This document shows positions 39,113-49,213 of a stretch of DNA of 64,000 nt, piece by piece. The stretch's first letter is position 1, and each line of letters begins with the position of its first letter. Made by a program: the position numbers and the translations under genes. A model generated the notes under the pieces. It was not told where the DNA came from, made no database searches, and saw nothing but the letters and a program-made list of their open reading frames with translations. This stretch comes from Gemmatales bacterium (GTDB taxonomy: Bacteria; Planctomycetota; Planctomycetia; Gemmatales; HRBIN36): contig JBEPZY010000001.1 in the NCBI GenBank assembly GCA_041640595.1, positions 1 to 64,000 on the forward strand, given 5' to 3'.

Positions 39113-40402
39113 TCAAGCACCGGCTGGGGCGAGTTCGTGAGTTACCTGTGGAGCCGACGTGGTCAAACTACCGGCCAGGAGCCGATCAAATTCCTCTAAT
39201 CGTGGCGGGATGACCGGTGCCTCGGTCAGGACACCGTTGAGCGCTTCCTGCGTTTTCAAGCCGTTGCCGGTGATGCACAGGACGATTTCGTCATCGGGAG
39301 AGATGCGGCCTTGCTCAATGAGTTTGCGAGCAACGGCCAGGGTAACTCCGCCAGCCGTCTCGGTGAAAATTCCCTCGGTTTCCGCCAGCAGGGCCATGCT
39401 TTCAGCAATTTCGGCGTCGGAAGCATCATCGGCCCAGCCGCCAGTTTCCCGAATGACGCGAATGGCAAAGTAGCCGTCGGCAGGATCGCCTATGGCCAGC
39501 GAGCGGGCGATGGTCTGGGGATTTTTCACCGGTTTGTGGCTGTCCCAACCGTTTTTGACGGCGGTGCTGATCGGTGCGCAACCGCTCGCCTGGGCCCCAT
39601 GCACTCGATACGGCGAGGGAGAGACCCAGCCGAGTTGCTGCAGTTCCTGGAAGGCCTTGTGAATCTTGCCGATCAAACTGCCGCCGGCCATCGGCACGAC
39701 CACATGTTGCGGCAACCGCCAGCCGAGTTGCTCGGCGATCTCGTATCCCAAGGACTTGGAACCTTCCGCGTAGAACGGACGAAGGTTGATGTTGACCAGG
39801 CCCCAGCCGTATTTGAATGCGATCTGCGTGCACAAGCGGTTCACCTGATCGTAAGTCCCCTGCACACGCACCAGCCGGGCACCGTACACGGTAGTGCCGA
39901 TGATCTTGGCCTGCTCAATCTCGGCGGGTACGAGGATGTAGGCGGTCATGCCGGCCGCGGCAGCATTCGCGGCGACACTGTTGGCCAGGTTCCCCGTGCT
40001 GGCACAACCGACCGTATCGAACCCGAACTCGCGCGCCTTGCTCAATGCCACTGCTACCACGCGGTCCTTGAAGGAAAGCGTGGGGAAGTTGACGGCATCG
40101 TTCTTGATCCAGACTCGGCGCACTCCCAGGACCTTCGCCAGCCGCGGGGCTGGTAACAACGGGGTACCACCGACAAACTGGCCGACGGTTGGTTCGCCGT
40201 CCAGCGGCAACAATTCGCGGTACCGCCACATAGTAAACGGCCGACGCTGCAAATCGTCGCGTTTCACCCGACGAGCAATGGCTTCATAGTCGTAATCCAC
40301 CTCCAGCGGGCCGAAATCTTCGGAGCAAAAATTGATCGGCTCCTGCGGATAATGTTTGCCGCACAGACGACATTTCAAGCCACGTACCAGGGTGTCGGTC
40401 AC
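39113..40402 (-). CDS. thrC: Threonine synthase-like PLP enzyme
   Basis: N-terminal CxxC, PTLSFKDR (PLP lysine), ASTGN, EGSKS and TGNGLK. GTG start after GGAGG. Confidence 0.88.
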   Translation of the reverse strand: MTDTLVRGLKCRLCGKHYPQEPINFCSEDFGPLEVDYDYEAIARRVKRDDLQRRPFTMWRYRELLPLDGEPTVGQFVGGTPLLPAPRLAKVLGVRRVWIKNDAVNFPTLSFKDRVVAVALSKAREFGFDTVGCASTGNLANSVAANAAAAGMTAYILVPAEIEQAKIIGTTVYGARLVRVQGTYDQVNRLCTQIAFKYGWGLVNINLRPFYAEGSKSLGYEIAEQLGWRLPQHVVVPMAGGSLIGKIHKAFQELQQLGWVSPSPYRVHGAQASGCAPISTAVKNGWDSHKPVKNPQTIARSLAIGDPADGYFAIRVIRETGGWADDASDAEIAESMALLAETEGIFTETAGGVTLAVARKLIEQGRISPDDEIVLCITGNGLKTQEALNGVLTEAPVIPPRLEEFDRLLAGSLTTSAPQVTHELAPAGA

Positions 40403-40618
40403 CGTCAGCCTCCGGAAGTCGGCCACCGCGTGCGAGCCCGAGCAATTTGGTCGGCCAGCGCCTCTGGCTCGCAGCGTTAGCCCGGTTCTGGGAAAAATGG
40501 CGAGCGGCAGCTGCGAATTGGCAATTGGGCGGGATGAAACCGAGCAGTGCTTGTTCCGAGTGGCCTGGCGGTGAGGGCTAGCGAGCGGCCATGCAGGAGC
40601 CTTTTATGTGGCTCCCGG

Positions 40619-40656
40619 AAACAAAAACGCCTCTCCCCGGGATACGAGAAGAGGCG
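40619..40656 (-). terminator. Riboswitch expression-platform terminator
   Basis: CGCCTCTTCTCG..CGGGGAGAGGCG followed by TTTTTGTTT, just downstream of the SAM aptamer. Confidence 0.8.
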
Positions 40657-40675
40657 CAAGTCTGTCAGCTTACGC

Positions 40676-40788
40676 ATCTCATCTCTCCCGGTCGGCATGC
40701 CGGGCGGGAATTAGCACCTGACGCCGAACGAATCGGCCGGTTGCTGTGGCTTCACAGGGCCCGTTCCCTCCGCCACTCTGGATAAGAC
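40676..40788 (-). promoter_or_regulatory. SAM-I (S-box) riboswitch
   Basis: CTTATCCAGAG..GGAGGGA..GGCCC..TGAAGCC..CAGCAACC..GGTGCTAATTCC..GAGAGATGAG matches the consensus. Confidence 0.95.
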
Positions 40789-40892
40789 GCGCGGAATCCC
40801 TCTTTCAAAGAGCTCGCCGCTGCGCTGGCGATTTTCCACGATTGTAGAAGCCAACAGGGAAGCAGGCAAGGTGTCCGGCGCGAAAATTGTTG

Positions 40893-41381
40893 TTAGGCCC
40901 ACCCGTTGAGCCTCAAAAACTCTTCCCGCCAGTGATAGTGCTCGAGCAAGCCGTCAGTGCGCCGACCGAGAATGCGGTAGGCGATATAGAGTGCCTCGAC
41001 CGTGGCCAGCCCTTGCTCCGGGTCGCGGAACAGTTTCGAGACCCGCGGATAGGCCGTGCGATAACCTCGCAGCGACCGCGTCGGCACGTGCTGAAAATCC
41101 CGAGCCATCCGCCGTGCCCACCGCCAGCTACCGTCCAGGATGAGCAGACCGCAGCACTGATCGGCATCGCTAAGCGGCTCGCCGTCCGGGTCGAGCAGAA
41201 TGTAGTTGTCCAGAGCCAGGGGCTGACGAAGCGGCCAGCGCAGGAAAATGAGGTCGGTCCGCCCTCGCAGCGGCCAGATGGTACATTTCTCCAGCCGCTC
41301 TTTCGGATGCCGCACAATTATCGTCGGCGGATAAGCGCACGCCTCGCCTATTGATATCGTCTCCGTGCGACCAGCAGGCAT
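40893..41381 (-). CDS. Tsr3/DUF367- or DTW-like aminocarboxypropyltransferase-like protein
   Basis: HPKE..KCT, LDGSW, LATVEALY and YHW..EFLRLN. Start uncertain. Confidence 0.7.
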   Translation of the reverse strand: MPAGRTETISIGEACAYPPTIIVRHPKERLEKCTIWPLRGRTDLIFLRWPLRQPLALDNYILLDPDGEPLSDADQCCGLLILDGSWRWARRMARDFQHVPTRSLRGYRTAYPRVSKLFRDPEQGLATVEALYIAYRILGRRTDGLLEHYHWREEFLRLNGWA

Positions 41382-41674
41382 GTTCCCTACCTTGTGGGCT
41401 GTCGCGCTGACACTTCGTTCTTGCCGGCAAGTTGCGATGGTTTGCACGTGGTGTCTCATTACCAGTGTAGGCTTGTCCCGAACGCCGGGCGATACGGTTA
41501 CGCAGTACAGAGTTGGAGTATTCTTGCTGCTCGGCAGCCCAGGCGGTCAATTTCTGCGGCGACGGTGTACCGCACTTGCCTTTTGAGGCTCAGCCGCATA
41601 GTAAGCAGAAAGCAGCGGGGTATTGTCTGTCCAGGTTGCCCAATCGTAACGGCTAACTGCAAAAGAGTAGAGCC

Positions 41675-42649
41675 ATGAGTACCGAGACCTGCGGAGCTTG
41701 TTCGGGAACCAAGCGCGAATGGCTGTGGCGAAAGCTGGGTGGCTGCGTGCGCTGTATGCGGCTCAGCTGGTGGGGAATGATAGCGACCTGGCTGGCCCTG
41801 GCAGGGGCGGTCGCGCTAGCCATGCCGCTGACGGTCACCATTTCAGTGGGAGTGGCGGCGTTGGCTTTGAGCCTGCTTTGGCTTATCCACTGGGGAGCGT
41901 TCGTCGGCAAGAATGTGGCGATGGTGTCGGAGATCGTGGAGGCGGGTGGAGAAGTGCTAACTCGGCGGGAGTTGCTGGCGCTGGCTCTGCAAGAAGCTAT
42001 CGCGGCCATTGTACTTGTTTGCACGACAGGCTCCCATTCCCAGGCTTAAGACACCGGGTGCGGGCGCATTGTTGTCGAGGTTGTGGGGCATGGCCAGGGG
42101 AGCAGTGAGAGCGAAGCTTGCCGGAATGCTCGGGCCGACTATGCGATGAGAGCTGCGGCCGAAAGGCTGAATTGTATGCAACGGTGCCGACAAAATGATG
42201 TCTTTTGTCGGGGCGGGGAATGTGGCTGCGTCAACGTTAGTATAGGTCAGCCCCGGTGCGAGATAGCGGTCCATAGCCTCGCACAGCAGCAGAAGCTCTT
42301 TATATGCGCCTGCAGAGGGAATGTCATATTTTGGTGCCGGTGTCTCGGCGCAAGTTGCGCTACGCTCGGCGACGTCCTGGTTATTGGGGCCGAGATGTGT
42401 GATGAAAACCAGCAACAAGCGGTTAACAAGGCGCGAGCGGCCCTGGAGAGGCAGGCCAATCTGTTGTGCGAACAATTGTGTGCAAGGCGTCGGTGCTTCG
42501 GTGGCCTGCGGTGCGTTTGCAGTAACGCACAGAGAACAGGAGATCCCAACTGCCAGGTACGACAGATCCCAGACCCGAACCGCTCAGGTCGCACGCTTTG
42601 GTGCGCCCGATGCGCAGCCGTGTACAGATTACACTGCAAGTGTGTATAG
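41675..42649 (+). pseudogene. DUF3624-like membrane domain + Tat-like signal + duplicated 12-Cys domain, interrupted by an in-frame TAA at 42047-42049
   Basis: ORFs 41675..42049 and 42083..42649 are in the same frame. CxxC..KLGGCVRCM; LTRRELL + hydrophobic stretch + SQA; 24 Cys downstream of the stop. Confidence 0.65.
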
Positions 42650-42832
42650 CGAGGACCGAGCTAAGCCCTTTTCGGGTCAGCTTTGCTCCCGGAGGGCGAA
42701 ACTATCTGAAGCACGGCTCCATTCGCGGAAGAGTTGTCGGCCTTGCCTCCTGGCCGGTGGTCAGCGGCAATCTGACTGGCCTCGAGCTTGCGCGAGCATC
42801 GGGCATAGACGAGCAGTCCGTGTCGGGAATCG

Positions 42833-44497
42833 CTATTCCGGCCGAATGTCCAGGACCCAGTCCTGGTCGTCGGGTGCAACGAAACGGGCTTCCTTGTCGT
42901 GGAGTTCTGCGTTGGCCGGTCGTTTTCTGCCGGTGCGTGGGTCAAACCATTGTGACGACAGCTTGGCTGGCAAAAACTCGCGCCGAAGCCGAATCGTTCC
43001 CCCTTGCGGTAAATAAGCAACCAGCCAGGTGCGTTTTGGCGTGGCCGAAACCGCTACGAAACGCTCCGGAGCTTTTTCTCCCGGTTGTTCGACCAGAGCC
43101 TGGTTAGCGGGTCGCAATTCCGTCCACGGCCCGCTGAGGAAAAACGCTTTCAGAATGCCCATAGCCTGGGCTCCCGGGGCTTCCAGCCCAGCTGTCCAGG
43201 GTCCAGCCTGACCGAGTCGTTCATGCCCTTCCACCGGGCCAGGCTGGTCTAACCAGGGCCAGATATGGTGGTGCCCGTAGGTAACTCCCGCTGGCGGAGC
43301 AATAAGAAGCGACCAGTAGGCTGCCCGCCGCACGTGGTACGGCTGGAAGAGCTGACGGCTATGATAAGCCGGATGCGCTTCATAATTCGGCTCCAGATTG
43401 ATGATGGGTTTGGGTGGTTGGCGAAGCCATTGCTTAGCGGGTGGGCCTTCAATTAGCCAGCGCAAATGGGCTTCGTTGTCGCCGTGTCCCGACTGGTAAC
43501 CGAGAAAGTCTATCCATGCCTCATTGCCGAATCGGTCCCAAATCCAGTTTTGCCCTGAAGGATGCAAACTGACCAGGCGGTCGCGTGGTTGAACGGTGAA
43601 AAGTTGTCGGCCCAATCGCTGCCAGCGCTGCGTATTGCGGTAGTGTCCATCGCCACCGAGCAGCCAGACCACCTGGTATGCTCCCCACCGAGCGATGAGG
43701 TATTCGCAGAGCCGCTGCGCTTCGTTTTCTGACAGTGCTTCGCCTGGGTCCGTTGGCGTCAGAGCCCAGAGCAGAACCGGCACGGCTACCAAATGGTGGG
43801 CGTTGCACTGGGCGAGTTTGGCATCCATTCGGGCCAGCACCTGCGGATATACCCGCAACTTTGCTTCGCGCCCGAACACGTGTTCTTTTAGCGTCTTGTT
43901 TCCGCCTCGCCACTGGGTAGAGACGAATTGCACCGCAGTAAATCCTTGTTTTTGCCGTGTCGCCAGATAGCGTTGCCAATCTGCTGGCTGCGACTTGAGC
44001 ACACCGTTCCAGGCAGTGTCCGCCAACCAGAAAAAAGGCGTGCCGTCGGCATGTTCGAGATATGTGCCACTCGCCGCTACTCGCAAAGCGCCGTGCCGGT
44101 AAAGCGGATTGTCGCCGGTGTACTCGCGCACGCGAAACTCGCCTTGCTGACGATGTAGCCCGATGTCTTCCGGTTTCGCCTGCGTGGACCATTGCCAGGT
44201 GCCGATTTCGTCCGGGCTGAACCGAACCCGCCAGACACGCCCACCGTCCCAAAATGCCTCGCGAACGTGCTTCTTGCCGGACGGTGCCACGAAAGTAACT
44301 TCGACGCGAACATCCCAGATCGGCTCGGCATAATCGCGCGTGGCAGTCAAGCTGGTTTCAAACACGCCCCAGCGATGCACTTCGGCAGTTGCGACTGCTT
44401 TCGGCTTTGCGCTATCGTCCCCGGCAAGTTGCAGTGCTACCACTGCGAGCACGCCAAACGTGCATACGCCCAGCCAGCACGACCGGATTCGATTCAT
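42833..44497 (-). CDS. Secreted DUF5060/DUF4038 (apiosidase-like) glycoside hydrolase with C-terminal collagen-binding-like domain
   Basis: Signal peptide, FWDGG..WRVRF, PFFWLADTAW, QSGH, EPNYE and WFDPRTG..DWVL. Confidence 0.85.
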   Translation of the reverse strand: MNRIRSCWLGVCTFGVLAVVALQLAGDDSAKPKAVATAEVHRWGVFETSLTATRDYAEPIWDVRVEVTFVAPSGKKHVREAFWDGGRVWRVRFSPDEIGTWQWSTQAKPEDIGLHRQQGEFRVREYTGDNPLYRHGALRVAASGTYLEHADGTPFFWLADTAWNGVLKSQPADWQRYLATRQKQGFTAVQFVSTQWRGGNKTLKEHVFGREAKLRVYPQVLARMDAKLAQCNAHHLVAVPVLLWALTPTDPGEALSENEAQRLCEYLIARWGAYQVVWLLGGDGHYRNTQRWQRLGRQLFTVQPRDRLVSLHPSGQNWIWDRFGNEAWIDFLGYQSGHGDNEAHLRWLIEGPPAKQWLRQPPKPIINLEPNYEAHPAYHSRQLFQPYHVRRAAYWSLLIAPPAGVTYGHHHIWPWLDQPGPVEGHERLGQAGPWTAGLEAPGAQAMGILKAFFLSGPWTELRPANQALVEQPGEKAPERFVAVSATPKRTWLVAYLPQGGTIRLRREFLPAKLSSQWFDPRTGRKRPANAELHDKEARFVAPDDQDWVLDIRPE

Positions 44498-44621
44498 GCG
44501 TTTCTCCTGGGTTGGCGTTCGGTCAAAGAGTTTCAGCGATTATTTTCGTATGTTGGCGGAACTTAGCCAACCAAAGTCCCGTGTTTTGCCCCAGGTTTGG
44601 CCTGACCCGCTGCGAGTATCA

Positions 44622-44754
44622 AGAGCGGCGGGCGTCAGCCCGCCGTGGTGGGCGAGACACGCTTGCCGGGGAAATGCGAACCACAGCGCCAAACGATCTC
44701 CGTCCAGAGCAGGAGGCGTCAGCCCGCCGTGGTGGGCGAAACACGCTTGCAGGG
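44622..44754. repeat. Two ~49-bp palindromic REP-like repeats (84-bp period)
   Basis: agagcRgMRggcgtcagcccgccgtggtgggcgaRacacgcttgcMggg at 44622-44670 and 44706-44754; hairpin cggcgggc-gtca-gcccgccg. Confidence 0.8.
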
Positions 44755-44790
44755 CCGTGCTGCCGCAATTTCGTTGCGTGGTGCGAGCCG

Positions 44791-45438
44791 TCAGCTGGAT
44801 CGCGACCGAGATTCTGACCCAGCCGGTTGTCGGAGTTGCGCAGCGTTGGGCAGGTCCTCGATGCGATTCAGACCGAGGAGCTGCAGGAATTTCCTGGTGG
44901 TACCGTAAAGCACCGGCCGACCGAGCGAATTGTGCCGACCGACTATACGCACCAGTCCGCGGTCCATGAGCAGGCGCAGCATGTCGGCACATTGCACGCC
45001 ACGGATAGCCTCGATTTCCGCCCGCGTGATCGGCTGGCGGTAGGCGATAATGGCCAGAGTCTCCTTGGCCGCAGCCGATAATCGCAAGTCGCCCGTACCG
45101 GGACGCAATCGCACCAGCCAGGGTTGAAATCGCGGCAACGTGGTCAACTGGTATCCGCCAGCAATAGCCTGCACCTGAAACGACGACCCTTCCGCTTCCA
45201 ACAAACTTTGCAATCGCCGCACCAGTCGCCGAGCTTCGCCAGCATCGCGCAAGCCGACAACCTCGGCAATGCGTTTCGGGGTGATCGGTTCTTCTGCCAG
45301 GAATAAGACGGCTTCCACCAGCGCCAACGCCCCATCGCGTGCCAGCGGCCCGGCGGCTTGTGTCGCAGCTAGGGGCAACCGTAACCAGGCCCGGTTAACT
45401 TGCCGGCGACCCTGCTCAAGCTCCGATAAGTGCCGCAT
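44791..45438 (-). CDS. scpB: SMC-Scp complex subunit ScpB
   Basis: VEAVLF, AGGYQL, ETLAIIAYRQPITRAEIEAIRGV and GRPVLYGTT..FL. Start uncertain. Confidence 0.93.
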   Translation of the reverse strand: MRHLSELEQGRRQVNRAWLRLPLAATQAAGPLARDGALALVEAVLFLAEEPITPKRIAEVVGLRDAGEARRLVRRLQSLLEAEGSSFQVQAIAGGYQLTTLPRFQPWLVRLRPGTGDLRLSAAAKETLAIIAYRQPITRAEIEAIRGVQCADMLRLLMDRGLVRIVGRHNSLGRPVLYGTTRKFLQLLGLNRIEDLPNAAQLRQPAGSESRSRSS

Positions 45439-45613
45439 CGGACGATACGGCAAAAAGGGAACCAGTCGGTGTAGCGATGGTCTGTCTCTCTCCACGTCCG
45501 TTTTGCGAAGGTAGCTCACCGCGGTGTCCCAGAAAAACACAAAAGCCCTGCGCTGGTCGTTGCGCAAGGCTCATGGAGCTCGGATTAGCCCCAGAGAGCA
45601 GCCGTCGTGATAA

Positions 45614-45961
45614 CTACATGCTGAAGCTGCTGCCGCAGCCGCAAGTCGTGCGGGCGTTGGGATTCTGCACACTGAAACCGCGACGGTTGAGCTCGTTGAT
45701 GAAATCAATCGTCGCCCCGTCCACGTAGAGCAGGCTCTTGCGGTCAACCACGATCCGCACGCCGTGCTGCTCCATCAGTTCGTCGGTCTTCTCGTTGTAG
45801 CAGGTGTCGAGGTCGAGCTTGTGCTGAAAGCCACTGCAGCCGCCACCTTTCACCGACAGCCGCAGATACACCGGCTCGTCATTGAGAGCGCCGGCCTGAC
45901 GCTGTTCCTCGACAATTCGCTTAATCTCTTCCGCCGCACGCGGGGTCAGGGTAATGGGCAT
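45614..45961 (-). CDS. iscA: A-type Fe-S carrier (IscA/HesB/ErpA family)
   Basis: ITLTPRAA, GGGCSGF and NPNA..TCGCGSSF. AGGAGAG RBS before the ATG at 45961. Confidence 0.93.
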   Translation of the reverse strand: MPITLTPRAAEEIKRIVEEQRQAGALNDEPVYLRLSVKGGGCSGFQHKLDLDTCYNEKTDELMEQHGVRIVVDRKSLLYVDGATIDFINELNRRGFSVQNPNARTTCGCGSSFSM

Positions 45962-46098
45962 ATCGTCTCTCCTCGCTCGAAGGATGGCTGGCTCCATCAG
46001 AGGTAATATTGATTCCACCTCGCGGTGTACGTTTCGCCTTATTGGCGATGTATTATACGTTCTGATGCGCTGCCGGTCTATGGCAGAGGATGTTTGCC

Positions 46099-47406
46099 TC
46101 ACTTGGGAGTGTTGCGGTACCAGCGACCGGAACGCAGGGGGGAACCGTATCGGCTGGGTGGGGCCGTCGGCGAAGCTGGTGCGGCGTCCGGCGTGGTTAT
46201 CGTTTCCGGGTCGGGCAGCCGATCCGGTTTCGTGGGCGCGGATTGTGGCGGAGTCTTCGGTTCGGACGCCGATTCGGATGCAGATGCCTCGGCTGGTGGC
46301 AATTCCCCCGTTCCGGGTCGCACGCCGCATATCACGCCGTAGGCTTTCATACGTTCTCCGAGCCATTCGATCGCGATCGGCAGAATGCGCTGAGCGGTGG
46401 CATCGCTGTGCGTTCCCAGTCGGTCCACGTGTACCCGCGGACGAAGTCCCCGAGAGCGGGCGTAGTAGATGAAACTCTCCGCCTGGGCATGGAAGTTGAA
46501 CTCATCCTTGCCGCCGTAACCGACGAACATCTCCAGCTGTCCTGGTTGCAAACGGTAACGGTCAATGAGTTCGATTGGGTTTTCCATGCCGGCACAGACG
46601 ATGGCATAGCAATCGTTGCCGAAAACAGGATGGTAAATCTCCTCGACGCGGATTTTGATCAGACCGTGGGCAAAACAGCCGAGCACCTCTTTTCCGTCCA
46701 GCAGGCTATTGCGCCAGCCCCAGTTGAACGGGTCGAAGCAGGCCTGTGCGTCACCCTGTTCGTTCATCCAGCGGATGTTGAGCGGTGCCAGGATACCGGC
46801 AACGAAACGGAACTGGTGCCGGTGTTTGATCGCGGTGTTGAACGCCCCGAAGCCGCCCAGGGAAACGCCGATAAGGGCATGGTACTCGGCATCGGGCATA
46901 ATCGGGAATCGGCTGGCGACAAAGCCGAGGGCGTCTTGCAGCACCCAATCCTGAAAATCGCCGGCGCGGCCATTGATGAAGAAACTGTGGGGGCACACAC
47001 GACCGCCGCATTCGTCGGTTCGGCCATCGGGAACCACGATGATACACGGCGGTAGTTTCCCACGCAGAATCGCCTGGTCGAAATAGTGCGCCACTCCGAG
47101 GAACTCCTGCTCATCGTTCCACAACCCGTGCAGGTACACAATGACCGGATAGACACTGGCTTTGCTGTAGTTGGGCGGCAGGTACACGTAGAGGTCACGG
47201 CGACTGCCCAGAGCGTAGGACCAGATGCGGCGATCCTGGCCGTGATTGCGGGTGAAGTCGAGAATACGCCCACGCAATTGGTGATTGGCCGACTGCAAAC
47301 TGTCCGGCAGCGGATCGAGCGACCGGTAATAGCGGTCCGCTTCCGCCGGTTTCGTCCAGGAAACAACCATTACTCCCGCCATCAGCACCAGACACCATCC
47401 TGGCAT
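46099..47406 (-). CDS. Secreted alpha/beta-hydrolase (esterase family) with Pro-rich tail
   Basis: VYLPPNY, YLHG and nucleophile elbow GVSLGG. Confidence 0.85.
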   Translation of the reverse strand: MPGWCLVLMAGVMVVSWTKPAEADRYYRSLDPLPDSLQSANHQLRGRILDFTRNHGQDRRIWSYALGSRRDLYVYLPPNYSKASVYPVIVYLHGLWNDEQEFLGVAHYFDQAILRGKLPPCIIVVPDGRTDECGGRVCPHSFFINGRAGDFQDWVLQDALGFVASRFPIMPDAEYHALIGVSLGGFGAFNTAIKHRHQFRFVAGILAPLNIRWMNEQGDAQACFDPFNWGWRNSLLDGKEVLGCFAHGLIKIRVEEIYHPVFGNDCYAIVCAGMENPIELIDRYRLQPGQLEMFVGYGGKDEFNFHAQAESFIYYARSRGLRPRVHVDRLGTHSDATAQRILPIAIEWLGERMKAYGVICGVRPGTGELPPAEASASESASEPKTPPQSAPTKPDRLPDPETITTPDAAPASPTAPPSRYGSPLRSGRWYRNTPK

Positions 47407-47651
47407 CCGCACGGCATGTTCCTCCCCTAAGCGAAGTTTCCCGCCGATCACTCGGCAAAATCGCTATCCCCGATGCAACCAATTTCGCCAACCGTCTCCG
47501 CACAACATGCCGTTGCGATAAGCTGTAACGCTTATTCCGAAAATACCCGAAACCATGACGGCAATAGTCCCAATCGCTACAACACCAGCAAATACCGCCG
47601 ACCTCACACTAACGGTCAACCTATTGTGCATCGGATTCGGGAGACTCTCAC

Positions 47652-49088
47652 ATGCGCTTGCAACTTGCACTCCGGATCGTCTCAGCTTTGGCGGTGCTGG
47701 TATCGGCAACGGTCAGCACCGGTTGGGGGCAGACCGGCAACGGAACCCAGCGGCCGCCGAATGTTATTCTGATCCTGGCCGACGATCTCGGTTACGGCGA
47801 TCTGGGTTGCTACGGGCAGAAGGAAATTCAGACGCCGTGTCTGGATCGCCTGGCGGCGGATGGCATGCGGTTTACGCAGTTTTATGCCGGTTCGACGGTG
47901 TGTGCCCCGTCGCGTTGCGTGCTGATGACCGGACTGCACACCGGGCACTGTTATATACGCGGCAACGCTCGGTATGCTCTGCGACCCCAGGATCGCACCG
48001 TTGCCGAGTACCTCAAGCAGGCTGGATATGCTACCGCCCATATCGGCAAATGGGGACTGGGATTGGAAGGTACAACCGGTGCTCCCACGCGCAAGGGATT
48101 CGACTACTTTTTCGGTTACCTCGACCAGGTGCATGCCCACAACTATTATCCGAGTTACCTGTTCCGCAATGAAACACGATTCCCGCTGAATAACGTTGTG
48201 CCGAAAGAGGGGAAATTCGGTCAGGGCGTGGCGAGCGTTCGCCGACAATACAGCCACGACCTGTTGACGGAAGAGGCCCTGCGCTTCATTCGTGAGAACC
48301 GCACCCGACCATTTTTCCTGTATCTTGGTTACACCATCCCCCACGCCAATAATGAAGCCGGCAAAAACGGCATGGAGGTGCCGGACTTCGGTATCTACAA
48401 GGACAAACCCTGGCCCGACGTGGAAAAAGGTTTCGCCGCCATGATCACCCGCATGGATCGGGATGTGGGTCGGATTCGCGAAACTCTGCGGGAACTCGGA
48501 CTGGAACGCGATACGCTCATCCTGTTCTCTTCCGACAATGGGCCGCATGCCGAGGGTGGGCATGACTCGAAGTTCTTCCAGTCCAGCGGTGGTTTGCGTG
48601 GCATCAAACGCGACCTGTATGAAGGAGGCATCCGTGTGCCGTTCATTGCCTGCTGGCCCGGCACCATTCCCGCTGGCAAGGTCAACGATCATATCGGCTG
48701 GTTTGCCGACGTGCTGCCTACGCTGGCCGAACTGGCCGGGGTCAAAGTTTCGGACAAACTCGATGGGATCAGTCTGGTGCCCACCTTGCTTGGCCGACAC
48801 CACGAACAACCTCAGCACCAATACCTGTACTGGGAGTTTTACGAACTCGGCGGAGCGCAAGCCGTGCGCTACGGCAATTGGAAAGCTGTCTGCAAGCCTT
48901 TCGGCGGGAAGCTCGAACTCTACGACTTGAAAAACGACCCCACAGAATCACGCGATCTGGCCGAGCAACACCCGCAACTGGTGGCACAGTTACGCCAATT
49001 CATGCAGCAGGCCCACACTCCATCCGAACTCTGGCCGATTCCTAAACCGCAGCCCGCGGAGAAAAGCCGCCAACCCGCCCAACCCTGA
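47652..49088 (+). CDS. Arylsulfatase (formylglycine-dependent)
   Basis: PNVILILADDLGYGD, CAPSR, GKW, SDNG, YEGGIRVP and ELYDL..DP.E. Confidence 0.95.
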   Translation: MRLQLALRIVSALAVLVSATVSTGWGQTGNGTQRPPNVILILADDLGYGDLGCYGQKEIQTPCLDRLAADGMRFTQFYAGSTVCAPSRCVLMTGLHTGHCYIRGNARYALRPQDRTVAEYLKQAGYATAHIGKWGLGLEGTTGAPTRKGFDYFFGYLDQVHAHNYYPSYLFRNETRFPLNNVVPKEGKFGQGVASVRRQYSHDLLTEEALRFIRENRTRPFFLYLGYTIPHANNEAGKNGMEVPDFGIYKDKPWPDVEKGFAAMITRMDRDVGRIRETLRELGLERDTLILFSSDNGPHAEGGHDSKFFQSSGGLRGIKRDLYEGGIRVPFIACWPGTIPAGKVNDHIGWFADVLPTLAELAGVKVSDKLDGISLVPTLLGRHHEQPQHQYLYWEFYELGGAQAVRYGNWKAVCKPFGGKLELYDLKNDPTESRDLAEQHPQLVAQLRQFMQQAHTPSELWPIPKPQPAEKSRQPAQP

Positions 49089-49213
49089 GCGCAATGCGCG
49101 GGCCTTTCGCATCAGGCATCCGCGAATCACTGGTCCGCAACTTGCAGGCTAACGGAGGCCGATCGGACAACAGCATCGCGGCAGCAACATAGCGTGTAAA
49201 TGCCAGGCGAAGC

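Noticed and set aside
44622..44754. Repeat pair as a CRISPR array
   Set aside because: Only two long units, REP-like palindrome, no cas genes nearby, and unrelated to the repeats at 11.4-11.9 kb.
45962..46366. 135-aa N-terminal extension of IscA
   Set aside because: It overlaps the esterase gene, and a clear RBS precedes MPITL at 45961.
47682..48860. 392-aa antisense ORF
   Set aside because: Shadow of the sulfatase gene in GC-rich DNA.
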